Assembly: GCA_964558905.1 (NCBI GenBank)
Contig: CAZLGP010000232.1
Span: forward strand, 34,824 to 98,823
Source: an uncultured Thermoanaerobaculia bacterium
Lineage (GTDB): Bacteria > Acidobacteriota > Thermoanaerobaculia > Gp7-AA8
Direction of reading: 5' to 3'
Length of the DNA: 64,000 bases
Shown: in pieces, positions 43,478 to 51,919 of the stretch
How positions within the stretch are numbered: position 1 is the stretch's first letter
How the letters are laid out: every line of letters starts with the position of its first letter
Notes under the pieces: generated by a model
What the model was told of the DNA's origin: nothing
Seen by the model: only the letters and a program-made list of their open reading frames with translations
The model's database searches: none
Translations under genes and position numbers: made by a program

Positions 43478-44332
43478 ATGCCGATCGGTCGCTTCGCTCC
43501 TTCGCCCACGGGTCCGCTTCACCTGGGCAGCCTCGTGGCCGCCGTCGGCTCGTGGCTGTTCGGGCGAGCGGAGAATGGTCGCTGGCTCGTCCGGATGGAG
43601 GACATCGACGCGCCGCGCGTGGTTCCCGGGTCCGCGGAGGAAATCCTCGCCGCGCTGCGCCGGTATGCTCTCGAATGGGACGGCGAGGTCGTGTGGCAGT
43701 CGCGTCGCACGGCGCTGTACGAGCGCGCACTGAATGAGCTGCGCGCGAAGAACCTCGTATACGACTGCGCCTGCTCGCGGGCGGACCTCCAGCGCGCCGC
43801 GTCGGCGCCGGTCGGCAGCGAGCCGGTGTATCCCGGCACGTGCCGCAACGGCATCGCTCCCGGGAAAACGGCCCGCGCGATCCGCTTCCGCGTGCCGGAC
43901 GAGATCATCTGCTTCGACGATCGACGGGTCGGTCCTCAGCAGGAGAACGTCGCCGAGCGCACGGGCGACTTCGTCGTGCGTCGCGCGGACGGGCTGTTCG
44001 CCTATCAGCTTGCCGTCGTCGTCGATGATGCGGAGCAGGGCGTGACGCAGGTCGTGCGCGGTGCGGATCTGCTGACATCGACGCCCCGGCAGATCGCCCT
44101 GCAGCGCGCGCTCGGATATCCGACGCCGGCCTACGCGCATCTGCCGCTGGTCGTGAATCCCGACGGCTCGAAGCTCGGAAAACGCGACGGCGCGTTGCCG
44201 CTGCCCGCGCTCGACGAGGCGCGCGTCCGGGAGACGCTTGCACTGGCCCTTCGACATCTCGGAATCGAGGGGGTACCGGAACGGCCTCCGAGGGTGATGC
44301 TGGAACTCGCGTTGCGGCGCTTCGACGTGTGA
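43478..44332 (+). CDS. gluQ: Glutamyl-Q tRNA(Asp) synthetase
   Basis: Met57 of track ORF. Strings GRFAPSPTGPLHLGSL, YDCACSRADL, DGSKLGKRDG. 284 aa with no anticodon-binding domain. Confidence 0.85.
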   Translation: MPIGRFAPSPTGPLHLGSLVAAVGSWLFGRAENGRWLVRMEDIDAPRVVPGSAEEILAALRRYALEWDGEVVWQSRRTALYERALNELRAKNLVYDCACSRADLQRAASAPVGSEPVYPGTCRNGIAPGKTARAIRFRVPDEIICFDDRRVGPQQENVAERTGDFVVRRADGLFAYQLAVVVDDAEQGVTQVVRGADLLTSTPRQIALQRALGYPTPAYAHLPLVVNPDGSKLGKRDGALPLPALDEARVRETLALALRHLGIEGVPERPPRVMLELALRRFDV

Positions 44333-44370
44333 TTCGGCACGCGCTCTCGTGCGTTCCATGCCGCCCGCGC

Positions 44371-44434
44371 CGGGGCGGATCAACCACGAACACCGATCCG
44401 GTGGCCGCTCCGCGCGCGCCACCGGTTACCCTCT
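44371..44434. repeat. Partial (right-end) copy of MITE-A
   Basis: GGGGCGGATCAACCACGAACACCGATCCGGTGGCCGCTCCGCGCGCGCCACCGGTTACCCTCT matches the right end of the copy at 61800-61866. Confidence 0.75.
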
Positions 44435-44537
44435 GAGCGCCTCCGGCCCACCGGAGCCCGCGTAGCGGGCAAAAGTAAATAGCCCCCGGCTTCAGGTCTG
44501 TTGCCCAGATGCCTGTGTCGCGGGGCCCGAGCCGTGC

Positions 44538-44932
44538 CCGCGTAGCGGGCTAAAGGCAATAGCCCCCGGCTTCAGCCGCAATGGCGTTAACTTTAGGCGA
44601 GGGCGTCGTCTTGTTGGCGTTCAGCGACTCCCCACTCGACGAGAGAGTGGCCTGATCAGCGCCGGAGGCGCGGCAGAGGGTAGCCGGTGGCGAGCGCGGG
44701 CGCCGCCACCGGAAGAAGACGGCGTGCAGGAAGTCCGCCCCGGCGGGGCGGAAGAGGTTGTCTGCCGCCCCACCGGGGCGGGTCATTCGCGGTCGCCCGC
44801 GTTTACGGGGGCGGCGCATTCGCGCTCGCCACCGGCTACCCTCTTTAGCGCCTCCGGCGCAGGTGCCCGAGCCTAAAGTTAACGCCATTGCGGCTGAAGC
44901 CGGGTGCTATTTCCTACCGCCGCCTACGGCGG
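44538..44932. mobile_element. Nested palindromic elements: MITE-A (about 44675-44844, extended IR 44657-44862) inside a second inverted-repeat element
   Basis: Outer arms are CCGCGTAGCGGGCTAAAGGCAATAGCCCCCGGCTTCAGCCGCAATGGCGTTAACTTTAGGC and its inverted copy at 44871-44932. Inner arms are AGAGGGTAGCCGGTGGCGAGCGCG ... CGCGCTCGCCACCGGCTACCCTCT. Confidence 0.75.
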
Positions 44933-45335
44933 CTGAAATCTTCGCGTCGCGCGAAGAAACTTCAGGTAAGTAGTACAGAGAGCGTCCTCCTCTGTGTCTC
45001 CGTGGCTCTGTGGTGAATACGAACGTGCCTCACGGATCGAACGCCGTGTCTCGCGCTGAGCACGAGAAGGCCCGCCGCCCTGGCCATCACCGCAGCACCA
45101 CCGCCATCGCCATCAGCACCGCTCCGCCGATCGCCGCTCCCGCGGCGCGGCCGATCGTCGCCCACATCCACTGGCGGCGGTTCTGCTTCGCCATCTCCGG
45201 GTTCACCGACTTCTCTCACGCCATGCGGCGCTCCAGGATGCGCGGCAACCGGAACACGTAGCCGACGCGGGGTAGAGCGTCTGCCGCAACCGAGTAGCGC
45301 CGCGGAGAAACTCGTGGCGGCGAGCGGCTGAGGCG

Positions 45336-45704
45336 TCACGAAACGGGAGCGAAACGCTCCGGCGGGATCGCGAGATCCGGGCATGCAGCCAGGAGCCGTC
45401 GATCCGAGGTCACCAGCGGAACGTCCAGATCAGCCGCGGCGACGACGAATTGTGCGTTCGTGTCCGCCACGATCACCGTTCTCTCCGGCGGGCGCGGTCG
45501 ATGATCGACTGGCCCAGAGGCCGACGGCCATGCGTACGGAGAGACGGTCGATGTCCGCGAGCGTCGGGGGGCTGGAGGGTCGTGCAGGGCCTTCTCGAGA
45601 ATGACGATCGCTTCGCTGCTCAGACTCCGCCGATTGGCCGAGGCGCGGGCCTTCAATCTGCGATGAAGCTCCTTCGGAAGTTCTTTGATCAGGAGTCCAG
45701 CCAT
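45336..45704 (-). pseudogene. Decayed vapBC-like toxin-antitoxin locus (frameshifted RHH antitoxin fused to internally deleted PIN toxin)
   Basis: MAGLLIKELPKELHRRLKARASANRRSLSSEAIVILEKAL (RHH type). PTLADIDRLSVR and GRRPLGQSIIDRARRRER lie in two other frames (G6 run near 45556). Then VIVADTNA..DVPLVTSDRRLLAACPDLAIPPERF lacks about 80 aa of PIN core. Confidence 0.5.
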
Positions 45705-45758
45705 GGTATCGGAATTCTAGCAAAGCGATACCCGGCTTGGAGGCTACGCGGTAGAAAC

Positions 45759-45854
45759 GTCAGGCGCGTTGCGCCGCCCGAAGCCGCTAGCCGTCGAACG
45801 CATCGAGTGGCGTGCCGCAAGGCGGAGCAACCAGCGCTGCCGGCCGTGCCGGCC
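45759..45854. repeat. ~95-bp repeat, copy 1, ending 18 nt upstream of the halogenase-like start codon
   Basis: GTCAGGCGCGTTGCGCCGCCCGAAGCCGC...AAGGCGGAGCAACCAGCGCTGCCGGCCGTGCCGGCC. Confidence 0.8.
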
Positions 45855-45872
45855 GTGGTAGCCTCGAAAGGC

Positions 45873-47168
45873 ATGACCACGCCTCACTACGACTTCGATT
45901 TCGCCGTTGCCGGCGGGGGGCCGGCGGGTTGTTCCGCGGCCATCCGGCTCGCGCAGCGCGGCCATTCCGTCGTGCTCTTCGAGCGCGAGACCTTCCCTCG
46001 TTTCCACATCGGCGAGTCGTTGCTCGCCACGGCAAACGATCACTTCGCGACCCTCGGCGTCGCGGAAAAAATCGCCGCGGCCGGCTTCCCGGAGAAGTGG
46101 GGGGCGCGGCTGCTCACACACGACGGGCGGAGCGGACGCGGCGTCAACTTCGCCGACGTGCGGGAAGTCAATCGGCCGCAGACCTATCAGGTGCCGCGCG
46201 CGGAGTTCGATCGCATCCTCCTGGATCGCGCGCGCGAGGTGGGCGTCGACGTCCGCGAAGGACATCGCGTGACCGGATGCGAGCTCACCTCGGACGCAGC
46301 CGTCCTCGAGTACGCCAACGGCGAGGCCGGGCGTGTCCGCGTGCGGGCGATGGTCGACGCCACCGGGCGGAACGGATTGATCGCCCGAAAACTCGGCCTG
46401 CGGACCGACGAGCCGCTTCTCGCCAACATCGCGATCTTTTCGCACTACAGCAACGTGCCCCGCCTCCCGGACGGTTGCCCGAACGACATCCGCATCGTCG
46501 CGCGCGAGGACTCGGGCTGGTACTGGCTCATCCCGATCTCGGCGGACCTGATGAGCGTCGGCGTCGTCCTGCCGCGGACTCTGTACATGCAGATGCCGGA
46601 AGGATCGCCCGAGGAGCGGCTCGAGCGGGCGCTCGCCGACACGCCCGTCATCGCGGAGCTGATGCGCGACGCGCGACGCGAGTGGCCGGTACGCGTGGAG
46701 AAGGACTTCTCGTACAGCGCGTCGTCCTATGCCGGCGACCGCTGGATCCTCGCCGGCGACGCCGGATCGTTCCTCGATCCAGTCTTCTCCACGGGCGTCT
46801 CGATCGCCATGGAGTCCGGAATCGAAGCCGCCGACGAGCTCGATCGCGCCCTGGCGCGCAATGATTTCTCGGCGCGGGCATTCGCGGCGTTCTCGCGCCG
46901 GCAGCGCAAGCGCTTCCGGACCTTTCGCCGTTTCGTCATCGGCTTCTACACGCCGCAGTTCCGCGACCTCTTCTTCAGCCCCGATCCGCCACGGCAGCTC
47001 TTCCGCGCGGTGGTCACGATTCTCGCGGGGCGATGGGACGCGAGCCTCCGGACGCGGATCCTGAATCACATCTTCTTCGCCGTGGTCGCGGTGCAGAAGC
47101 GTCTCTCGCTGGCGCGCCCGATCTTCAAGCGCGGGGAGAGCGCGGGCTATCCCGACGCATCGGCATGA
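45873..47168 (+). CDS. FAD-dependent oxidoreductase of the flavin-dependent halogenase type
   Basis: Met142 of track ORF. Motifs FAVAGGGPAGCSAA, FPRFHIGESLL, GWYWLIP (WxWxIP), GDAGSFLDPVFSTGVSIA. 431 aa. Confidence 0.75.
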   Translation: MTTPHYDFDFAVAGGGPAGCSAAIRLAQRGHSVVLFERETFPRFHIGESLLATANDHFATLGVAEKIAAAGFPEKWGARLLTHDGRSGRGVNFADVREVNRPQTYQVPRAEFDRILLDRAREVGVDVREGHRVTGCELTSDAAVLEYANGEAGRVRVRAMVDATGRNGLIARKLGLRTDEPLLANIAIFSHYSNVPRLPDGCPNDIRIVAREDSGWYWLIPISADLMSVGVVLPRTLYMQMPEGSPEERLERALADTPVIAELMRDARREWPVRVEKDFSYSASSYAGDRWILAGDAGSFLDPVFSTGVSIAMESGIEAADELDRALARNDFSARAFAAFSRRQRKRFRTFRRFVIGFYTPQFRDLFFSPDPPRQLFRAVVTILAGRWDASLRTRILNHIFFAVVAVQKRLSLARPIFKRGESAGYPDASA

Positions 47169-47282
47169 AGAGCGTCGGCTGATCGTTGCTCGGGATAGGC
47201 GAGCCCGCGCCTGAGGCAGGGGGTCCTTCGCCGCGCTCCGCCGGCTCAGGACGACACCGATTTCTACCGCGCAGACTCCTAG

Positions 47283-47459
47283 CCCGCATTTCTCATAGCC
47301 TTTCGTCGCGAGACAGCCGAGAGTGGCCTGGATGCGAGTCGCACGGCGATTTCGCGACGAAAGCATAGTTGACACTATGTCGAGGAGCGAAATCGTCGTG
47401 CGGCGAAGCAGACAGGCCGCTATCGGCTGTCGCAGCAGAAGGGCTGTGAGAAATGCGGG
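47283..47459. mobile_element. 177-bp MITE with 18-bp terminal inverted repeats flanked by CTAG on both sides
   Basis: CTAG|CCCGCATTTCTCATAGCC....GGCTGTGAGAAATGCGGG|CTAG. No ORF. Inserted within a REP-family flank (TTCTACCGCGCAGACTCCTAG recurs at 47572-47592). Confidence 0.75.
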
Positions 47460-47482
47460 CTAGGAACCGCTTTCCAGGAACG

Positions 47483-47594
47483 TGTCATCCTGAGCCGCGG
47501 AGACGGCGAAGGATCTTCTCTGTTGCATGCTGGAAGGTCCTTCGCTGTCTACGCAGCTCAGGATGACACCTCTTTCTACCGCGCAGACTCCTAG
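47483..47594. repeat. REP/MITE-like palindrome (TGTCATCCTGAGC family)
   Basis: GTGTCATCCTGAGCCGCGGAGACGGCGAAGGATCTTC...GAAGGTCCTTCGCTGTCTACGCAGCTCAGGATGACAC plus flank TCTTTCTACCGCGCAGACTCCTAG. Confidence 0.85.
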
Positions 47595-47596
47595 GC

Positions 47597-47908
47597 CTAG
47601 GCGCTCGCTTTCTTGTAGGCCGCGGCGTAGCGCTTCGACGCTTCCGGATCTTCGGTGACCTCGCGGATCGCAGTTTCGAACGTTTTCTCCGTCAGGCCGC
47701 GCTCGCGCAGGATCTCGTTCGCGCGATCGGGCGTCTTGCGGATCTGCGCGCCGAGCTCGCCGAGCTCCTCGGGCGTGAGGTTCGCGCTTGCCTGCGTCTG
47801 CGGCGACGACTCGACGTTCGTGGCCGCGGTCTGCTGGTCCTTCGCGCCGCAGCCGGCCAAAGCCAGCAGCACGACGAGAGACATCGTCAGTGTGGTTCTC
47901 ATGTTCAT
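47597..47908 (-). CDS. Small lipoprotein, function unknown
   Basis: Lipobox LLALAGC. 103 aa. ATGA overlap with the upstream gene. Confidence 0.6.
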   Translation of the reverse strand: MNMRTTLTMSLVVLLALAGCGAKDQQTAATNVESSPQTQASANLTPEELGELGAQIRKTPDRANEILRERGLTEKTFETAIREVTEDPEASKRYAAAYKKASA

Positions 47909-49089
47909 CCCTTCCCTTTTCCTTTGCCCTCGCCCTTGCCGCCGGAGTTGCCCTTGCCGCCCGCGTTGCCTTTGCCGGAATTGCCTTTGTCTCCGGGGTT
48001 GCCTTTGTCGACTCTTCCGCCCTGCCCCTGCGAGCCGGACGCGCGTGGCGGCTTGCTGACGCGACGCTCATCACGGTCGCGATCCGGCTTGGCCACTTTC
48101 TTCGGACGCGCCGCCCGATCGTCGTTCCGATCGCGATCGACGCGCACCACGGCGCGGTCCGGGCGCGAGCGCCGCGTTCCGTGCACGACCTCCGCGCCGG
48201 TCTGCAGACCCAGTTCCTTCTTCACCTGTCCCGGAGGACCGCCGTGCGGATGCGTCCTCACCGAGGCGACACGCCTCACGACCGTGGGCGGGAGAAACCC
48301 ATCGCGGTCGACGATGATCGCCGGCGGCTGGAGGACGTCGATGTCGTCGATTCCGATCCTGTTCGCGAGTGCAAACGCGAGCGGCCTTCCCACGACTCCG
48401 CGATCGATCTCCGTCGTCACATACGAGAGCAGCAGCGGTCGTTCGCGGCTGTCGACGAGCAACACCGGCGAATAGCGCACGACCTCGACGAACTGCGTCG
48501 GCGGCATCCTGGCCCGGTTCAGCGAGGAAATGAAGCTGACGAGATCGCCGGACGGCACGTCCGTCAGCTCCGCGACCGCGGCCACCGCAAGCGGCATGGC
48601 CACGAGCGCAAGCGGATCGAACGCCGTCGGCTCGAAGCGCGTGACGACGACCTGCGGCAGGATCGTCTGCCGCTCGACGTAGGTGTAGACCGGCGGATCG
48701 ACGATCTCGATCTCCTCCACGCCATAGGTCGGGTAGCGCTCCGCGATCGAGAGCGCGAGCGGCTCACCGACGACGCCGCGTGCGTATTCGGTCGTCACGT
48801 AGGTCGTGAATCGCGGCTCGGCGGGCGCGACGATCGCGACCGGCGCGTAGCGGACGATCTCGACGAACTGCGTTGGAGGGACCGCCGCGTTGTTGAGCGT
48901 GCTGACCACGTTCATCAGCTCGCTCGTCGGCACGTCGGTCAGCTCGGCTGCCGCGGCCACCACGAGCGGCATCGCCGTGAGGGCGATCAGCTCATTCGTT
49001 TCGAAAGCGTATGCGCTGCCCGGCAGACCGAGCAGGACGAGCACGATCAGCGCACAAATTGGTTTCTTCATGCCCATGCACATGTGCAA
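47905..49089 (-). CDS. Hypothetical secreted protein with internal ~125-aa duplication and Lys/Gly-rich tail
   Basis: Signal MKKPICALIVLVLLGLPGSAYA (start may be Met7 at 49071). Repeats ..AMPLVVAAAAELTDVP..PPTQFVEIVRYAPV.. and ..AMPLAVAAVAELTDVP..PPTQFVEVVRYSPV... Tail GNPGDKGNSGKGNAGGKGNSGGKGEGKGKGKG. Confidence 0.6.
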   Translation of the reverse strand: MHMCMGMKKPICALIVLVLLGLPGSAYAFETNELIALTAMPLVVAAAAELTDVPTSELMNVVSTLNNAAVPPTQFVEIVRYAPVAIVAPAEPRFTTYVTTEYARGVVGEPLALSIAERYPTYGVEEIEIVDPPVYTYVERQTILPQVVVTRFEPTAFDPLALVAMPLAVAAVAELTDVPSGDLVSFISSLNRARMPPTQFVEVVRYSPVLLVDSRERPLLLSYVTTEIDRGVVGRPLAFALANRIGIDDIDVLQPPAIIVDRDGFLPPTVVRRVASVRTHPHGGPPGQVKKELGLQTGAEVVHGTRRSRPDRAVVRVDRDRNDDRAARPKKVAKPDRDRDERRVSKPPRASGSQGQGGRVDKGNPGDKGNSGKGNAGGKGNSGGKGEGKGKGKG

Positions 49090-49120
49090 GGCCCGGTCCT
49101 CGTACTAAGCTGCGCTCGCC

Positions 49121-50854
49121 ATGACGCGACTGCTCGCCCTGCTCTCTCTTCTGCTCACTCTGCCTGCCTGGGCGGATGAGGTCGCGAAACTCCACGCGCT
49201 CTTCGATCGCACGTGGGAGTTTCAGTTGAAAGAAGACCCCCTCTTCGCCACGTCCGTGGGACGCCATGAGTATGGCGATCGCCTTCCCGCGATCGCTCCC
49301 GCGGACCTGGCGCGGCAGCATGCGTTCGCGAAGGCGGCGCTCGCCGAACTGGCGACGATCGATCGCGCGAAGCTCCCTCCTTTCGAGGCGGTAAGCTACG
49401 ACGAGTTTCGGCGGCAGTTCGACGTCGCGGCCGCGAACTTCGAGCTCGGCGACTATCAGATTCCCTTCAACGCCGACTCCGGATTTCACAGCTCGTTCTC
49501 GCGACTGCCGCAGGACGTGCCGCTGGTCACGGTGAAGGACTACGAGAACTACATCGCCCGGCTGCGCGCGTGGCCGGCGTATGTCAGCCAGCAAATCGCG
49601 CACATGCGCGCGGGGCTCGAGCGCGGGATGAGCATCCCGCGGGCGACGCTCGACGGCTACGAAGGGACGATCGCGGCGCACGTCGTCGACGATCCGGCGA
49701 AGAGCGTCTTCTGGACGCCGTTCGAGAAGTTCCCCCCGTCGGTGCCGGCGTCCGAGCACGAGCGATTGCGTCGCGACGGTCGCGCCGCCGTCCGCGCGGC
49801 GATCTCCGGCTACGCCGACTTCCTCGAGCTCTTCCGCAAGGAGTATCTCCCCGGCGCGCGCACGACGCTCGGCGCATCCGAGCTGCCCGACGGCCGCGCG
49901 TACTATCGGCAGAAGATCCGCGAGTTCACGACTCTCGATCTGACGCCGGAAGAGATCCACGGGAAAGGGCTGTCGGAAGTCGCGCGGATCGGCGCGGAGA
50001 TGAACGCGGTCATGAAACAGGTCGGCTTCGAGGGCGACTTCGCCGCGTTCCTGCGGTTCCTCCGCAACGATCCGCGGTTCTACGCGAAGACTCCGGAGGC
50101 GTTGCTCGAGCGGGCGTCGCGCATCGCCAAGCGCATGGACGGAAAGCTCCCGTCGCTCTTCAAGACGCTTCCGCGCCTGCCGTATACCGTCGATCCGGTG
50201 CCGGCGGACATCGCCCCGAAGTACACGACCGGCCGTTACGTCAGCGCACCGCAGGGAAGCACGCAGCCGGGCATCTATTGGGTGAACACGTACAAGCTCG
50301 AGGCCCGTCCCCTGTACAACCTCGAGGCGCTCACGCTGCACGAGGCCGTCCCGGGACATCACCTGCAGATCGCGCTCAGCCGCGAGCTGGAGAACCTACC
50401 GAACTTCCGCCGCTTCTCCTACATCTCCGCGTTCGGCGAAGGCTGGGCGCTCTACTCCGAGTGGCTGGGCCTGGAGGCTGGCTTCTACACCGATCCGTAT
50501 GACAACTTCGGACGACTCACGTACGAGATGTGGCGGGCGTGTCGCCTCGTCGTCGACACGGGCATTCACTCGATGGGCTGGACGCGCCAGCAGGCCATCG
50601 ACTACATGGCCACGCGCACGGCCCTGCCGATCCACGAGGTGACGACGGAAGTCGACCGCTACATCTCCTGGCCGGCCCAGGCTCTGTCGTACAAGCTCGG
50701 CGAGCTGAAGATCAGGGAGCTCCGCAAGCGCGCCGAGACCGCCCTCGGCCCACGCTTCGACGTCCGCGAATTCCACGACGTCGTCCTCGGCAGCGGCTCC
50801 GTACCATTGAGCGTGCTCGAGGCCAACATAGACGCCTGGATCGCGCGGCAGTAG
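49121..50854 (+). CDS. DUF885 family protein (metallopeptidase-like HExxH variant)
   Basis: Signal MTRLLALLSLLLTLPAWA. Strings LTLHEAVPGHHLQ, GEGWALYSEWLG, VDRYISWPAQALSYKLG. Confidence 0.85.
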   Translation: MTRLLALLSLLLTLPAWADEVAKLHALFDRTWEFQLKEDPLFATSVGRHEYGDRLPAIAPADLARQHAFAKAALAELATIDRAKLPPFEAVSYDEFRRQFDVAAANFELGDYQIPFNADSGFHSSFSRLPQDVPLVTVKDYENYIARLRAWPAYVSQQIAHMRAGLERGMSIPRATLDGYEGTIAAHVVDDPAKSVFWTPFEKFPPSVPASEHERLRRDGRAAVRAAISGYADFLELFRKEYLPGARTTLGASELPDGRAYYRQKIREFTTLDLTPEEIHGKGLSEVARIGAEMNAVMKQVGFEGDFAAFLRFLRNDPRFYAKTPEALLERASRIAKRMDGKLPSLFKTLPRLPYTVDPVPADIAPKYTTGRYVSAPQGSTQPGIYWVNTYKLEARPLYNLEALTLHEAVPGHHLQIALSRELENLPNFRRFSYISAFGEGWALYSEWLGLEAGFYTDPYDNFGRLTYEMWRACRLVVDTGIHSMGWTRQQAIDYMATRTALPIHEVTTEVDRYISWPAQALSYKLGELKIRELRKRAETALGPRFDVREFHDVVLGSGSVPLSVLEANIDAWIARQ

Positions 50855-51013
50855 GAGGGCGCGCCGGCCGCTGGCCGGCCGGTCCGCCGGCTGCCAGCCG
50901 GCGAGGGTCGCACCGCCGAGCCGGCGGTGGACCGGCCGGCGGGCCGCCGGCGGTCCTGTAAACACGAGAAGCCGTCTCCCCGTCTCATCGTTCAAATGGA
51001 AGGAGCACACCGC

Positions 51014-51913
51014 GTGAAACGAATGTTCTCGATTGCCCTGTTGTCGATTTTCGTCTTCGCGACCGCGGCCGATGCCGCGCGCGTCCGGGTGACGAAAAAA
51101 GGTCCGCGCGGCCGCCGCACCACCGTCACGGTCCGCACGGGATTCCCCATCCGCCGCACGCTGCCCCCGGTCGTCGTCCGTCCCGCCCCCGTCGTGCGCG
51201 TCGCACCGCGCGCCTATCTCGCGCCGGTCGCCTTCGGCGCGGTGGTCGTGGCCTCGCTTCCCGCGAACCGCGAGTGGAGAGGTGTGGAGGAGCTGGAGCG
51301 TGAAGACGGCTGGACCGACTTCACGATGAACGTGGATCGTCGCGGCACGAAGCTCTTTCTCGAGATCGACCGCGGCGCCGCGCAGGTCAGCTTCGCAGAG
51401 GTCGTGTTCGAGAACGGCGAGGCGCAGGTGGTCGACTTCGCCGACCGCGTCCACCGCACCGGCGTGTACGAGCTGCTCGACTTCCGGAGCGGCCGCAAGG
51501 TCGATCACGTGCGCGTCATCGCAAAGGCGTCGACAAAAGAGAGCGAGGTCACCCTCCACCTCGTCTCGTCACAATCAATCGGCCGGCGAGGAGTTCACAC
51601 TTCGCCGGCCGATGACTCCGGTCTCCGGTGGCAGTTTGATGGCGAAAGGTTCTCCTTGAATCCCTTTTCGTCGTCCCCGCAAGCATCCGGACTCGGGGTG
51701 CCGGCGTGCTGCGGCCGGCACTCATACGATGCGTCCGCGCGGCGGAGCAGGCCGTGTCGCAGGGCACAGGTCGGAGTGAGGGATGTGGAGTGCGGCGACG
51801 GCGAGTCGCCGCTGTTCATTGCGGCAGCGTCGAGCTGCCGCGCGGAGGACTGCAACCAGACTTGTGTCGTGTCACGCAGAAAGAGGTGTCATCCTGAGCT
51901 GCGTAGACAGTGA
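51014..51913 (+). CDS. Hypothetical secreted protein (3' boundary doubtful)
   Basis: GTG 51014 with GGAAGGAG upstream. Signal VKRMFSIALLSIFVFATAADA. The plausible domain ends near 51570 (..EVTLHLVS). The ORF then reads through a stem-loop and a REP half-site to 51913. Confidence 0.45.
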   Translation: MKRMFSIALLSIFVFATAADAARVRVTKKGPRGRRTTVTVRTGFPIRRTLPPVVVRPAPVVRVAPRAYLAPVAFGAVVVASLPANREWRGVEELEREDGWTDFTMNVDRRGTKLFLEIDRGAAQVSFAEVVFENGEAQVVDFADRVHRTGVYELLDFRSGRKVDHVRVIAKASTKESEVTLHLVSSQSIGRRGVHTSPADDSGLRWQFDGERFSLNPFSSSPQASGLGVPACCGRHSYDASARRSRPCRRAQVGVRDVECGDGESPLFIAAASSCRAEDCNQTCVVSRRKRCHPELRRQ

Positions 51914-51919
51914 AGGGCA

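Noticed and set aside
45087-45194. 35-aa minus-strand ORF MAKQNRRQWMWATIGRAAGAAIGGAVLMAMAVVLR (small TM peptide; possible type I toxin-like).
   Set aside because: GGAG abuts the ATG with no spacer, there is no recognisable partner RNA or promoter, and the region is otherwise repeat debris. Too weak to call.
50855-50945. GC-rich GCCGGC-type repeats (50855-50945; 61510-61640; 61925-61975) as a distinct functional element.
   Set aside because: They share short GGAAGCCGGCG / CCAGCCGGC motifs and partial palindromes, but I could not define consistent ends or units by eye. They are noted only as repeat-rich intergenic filler.
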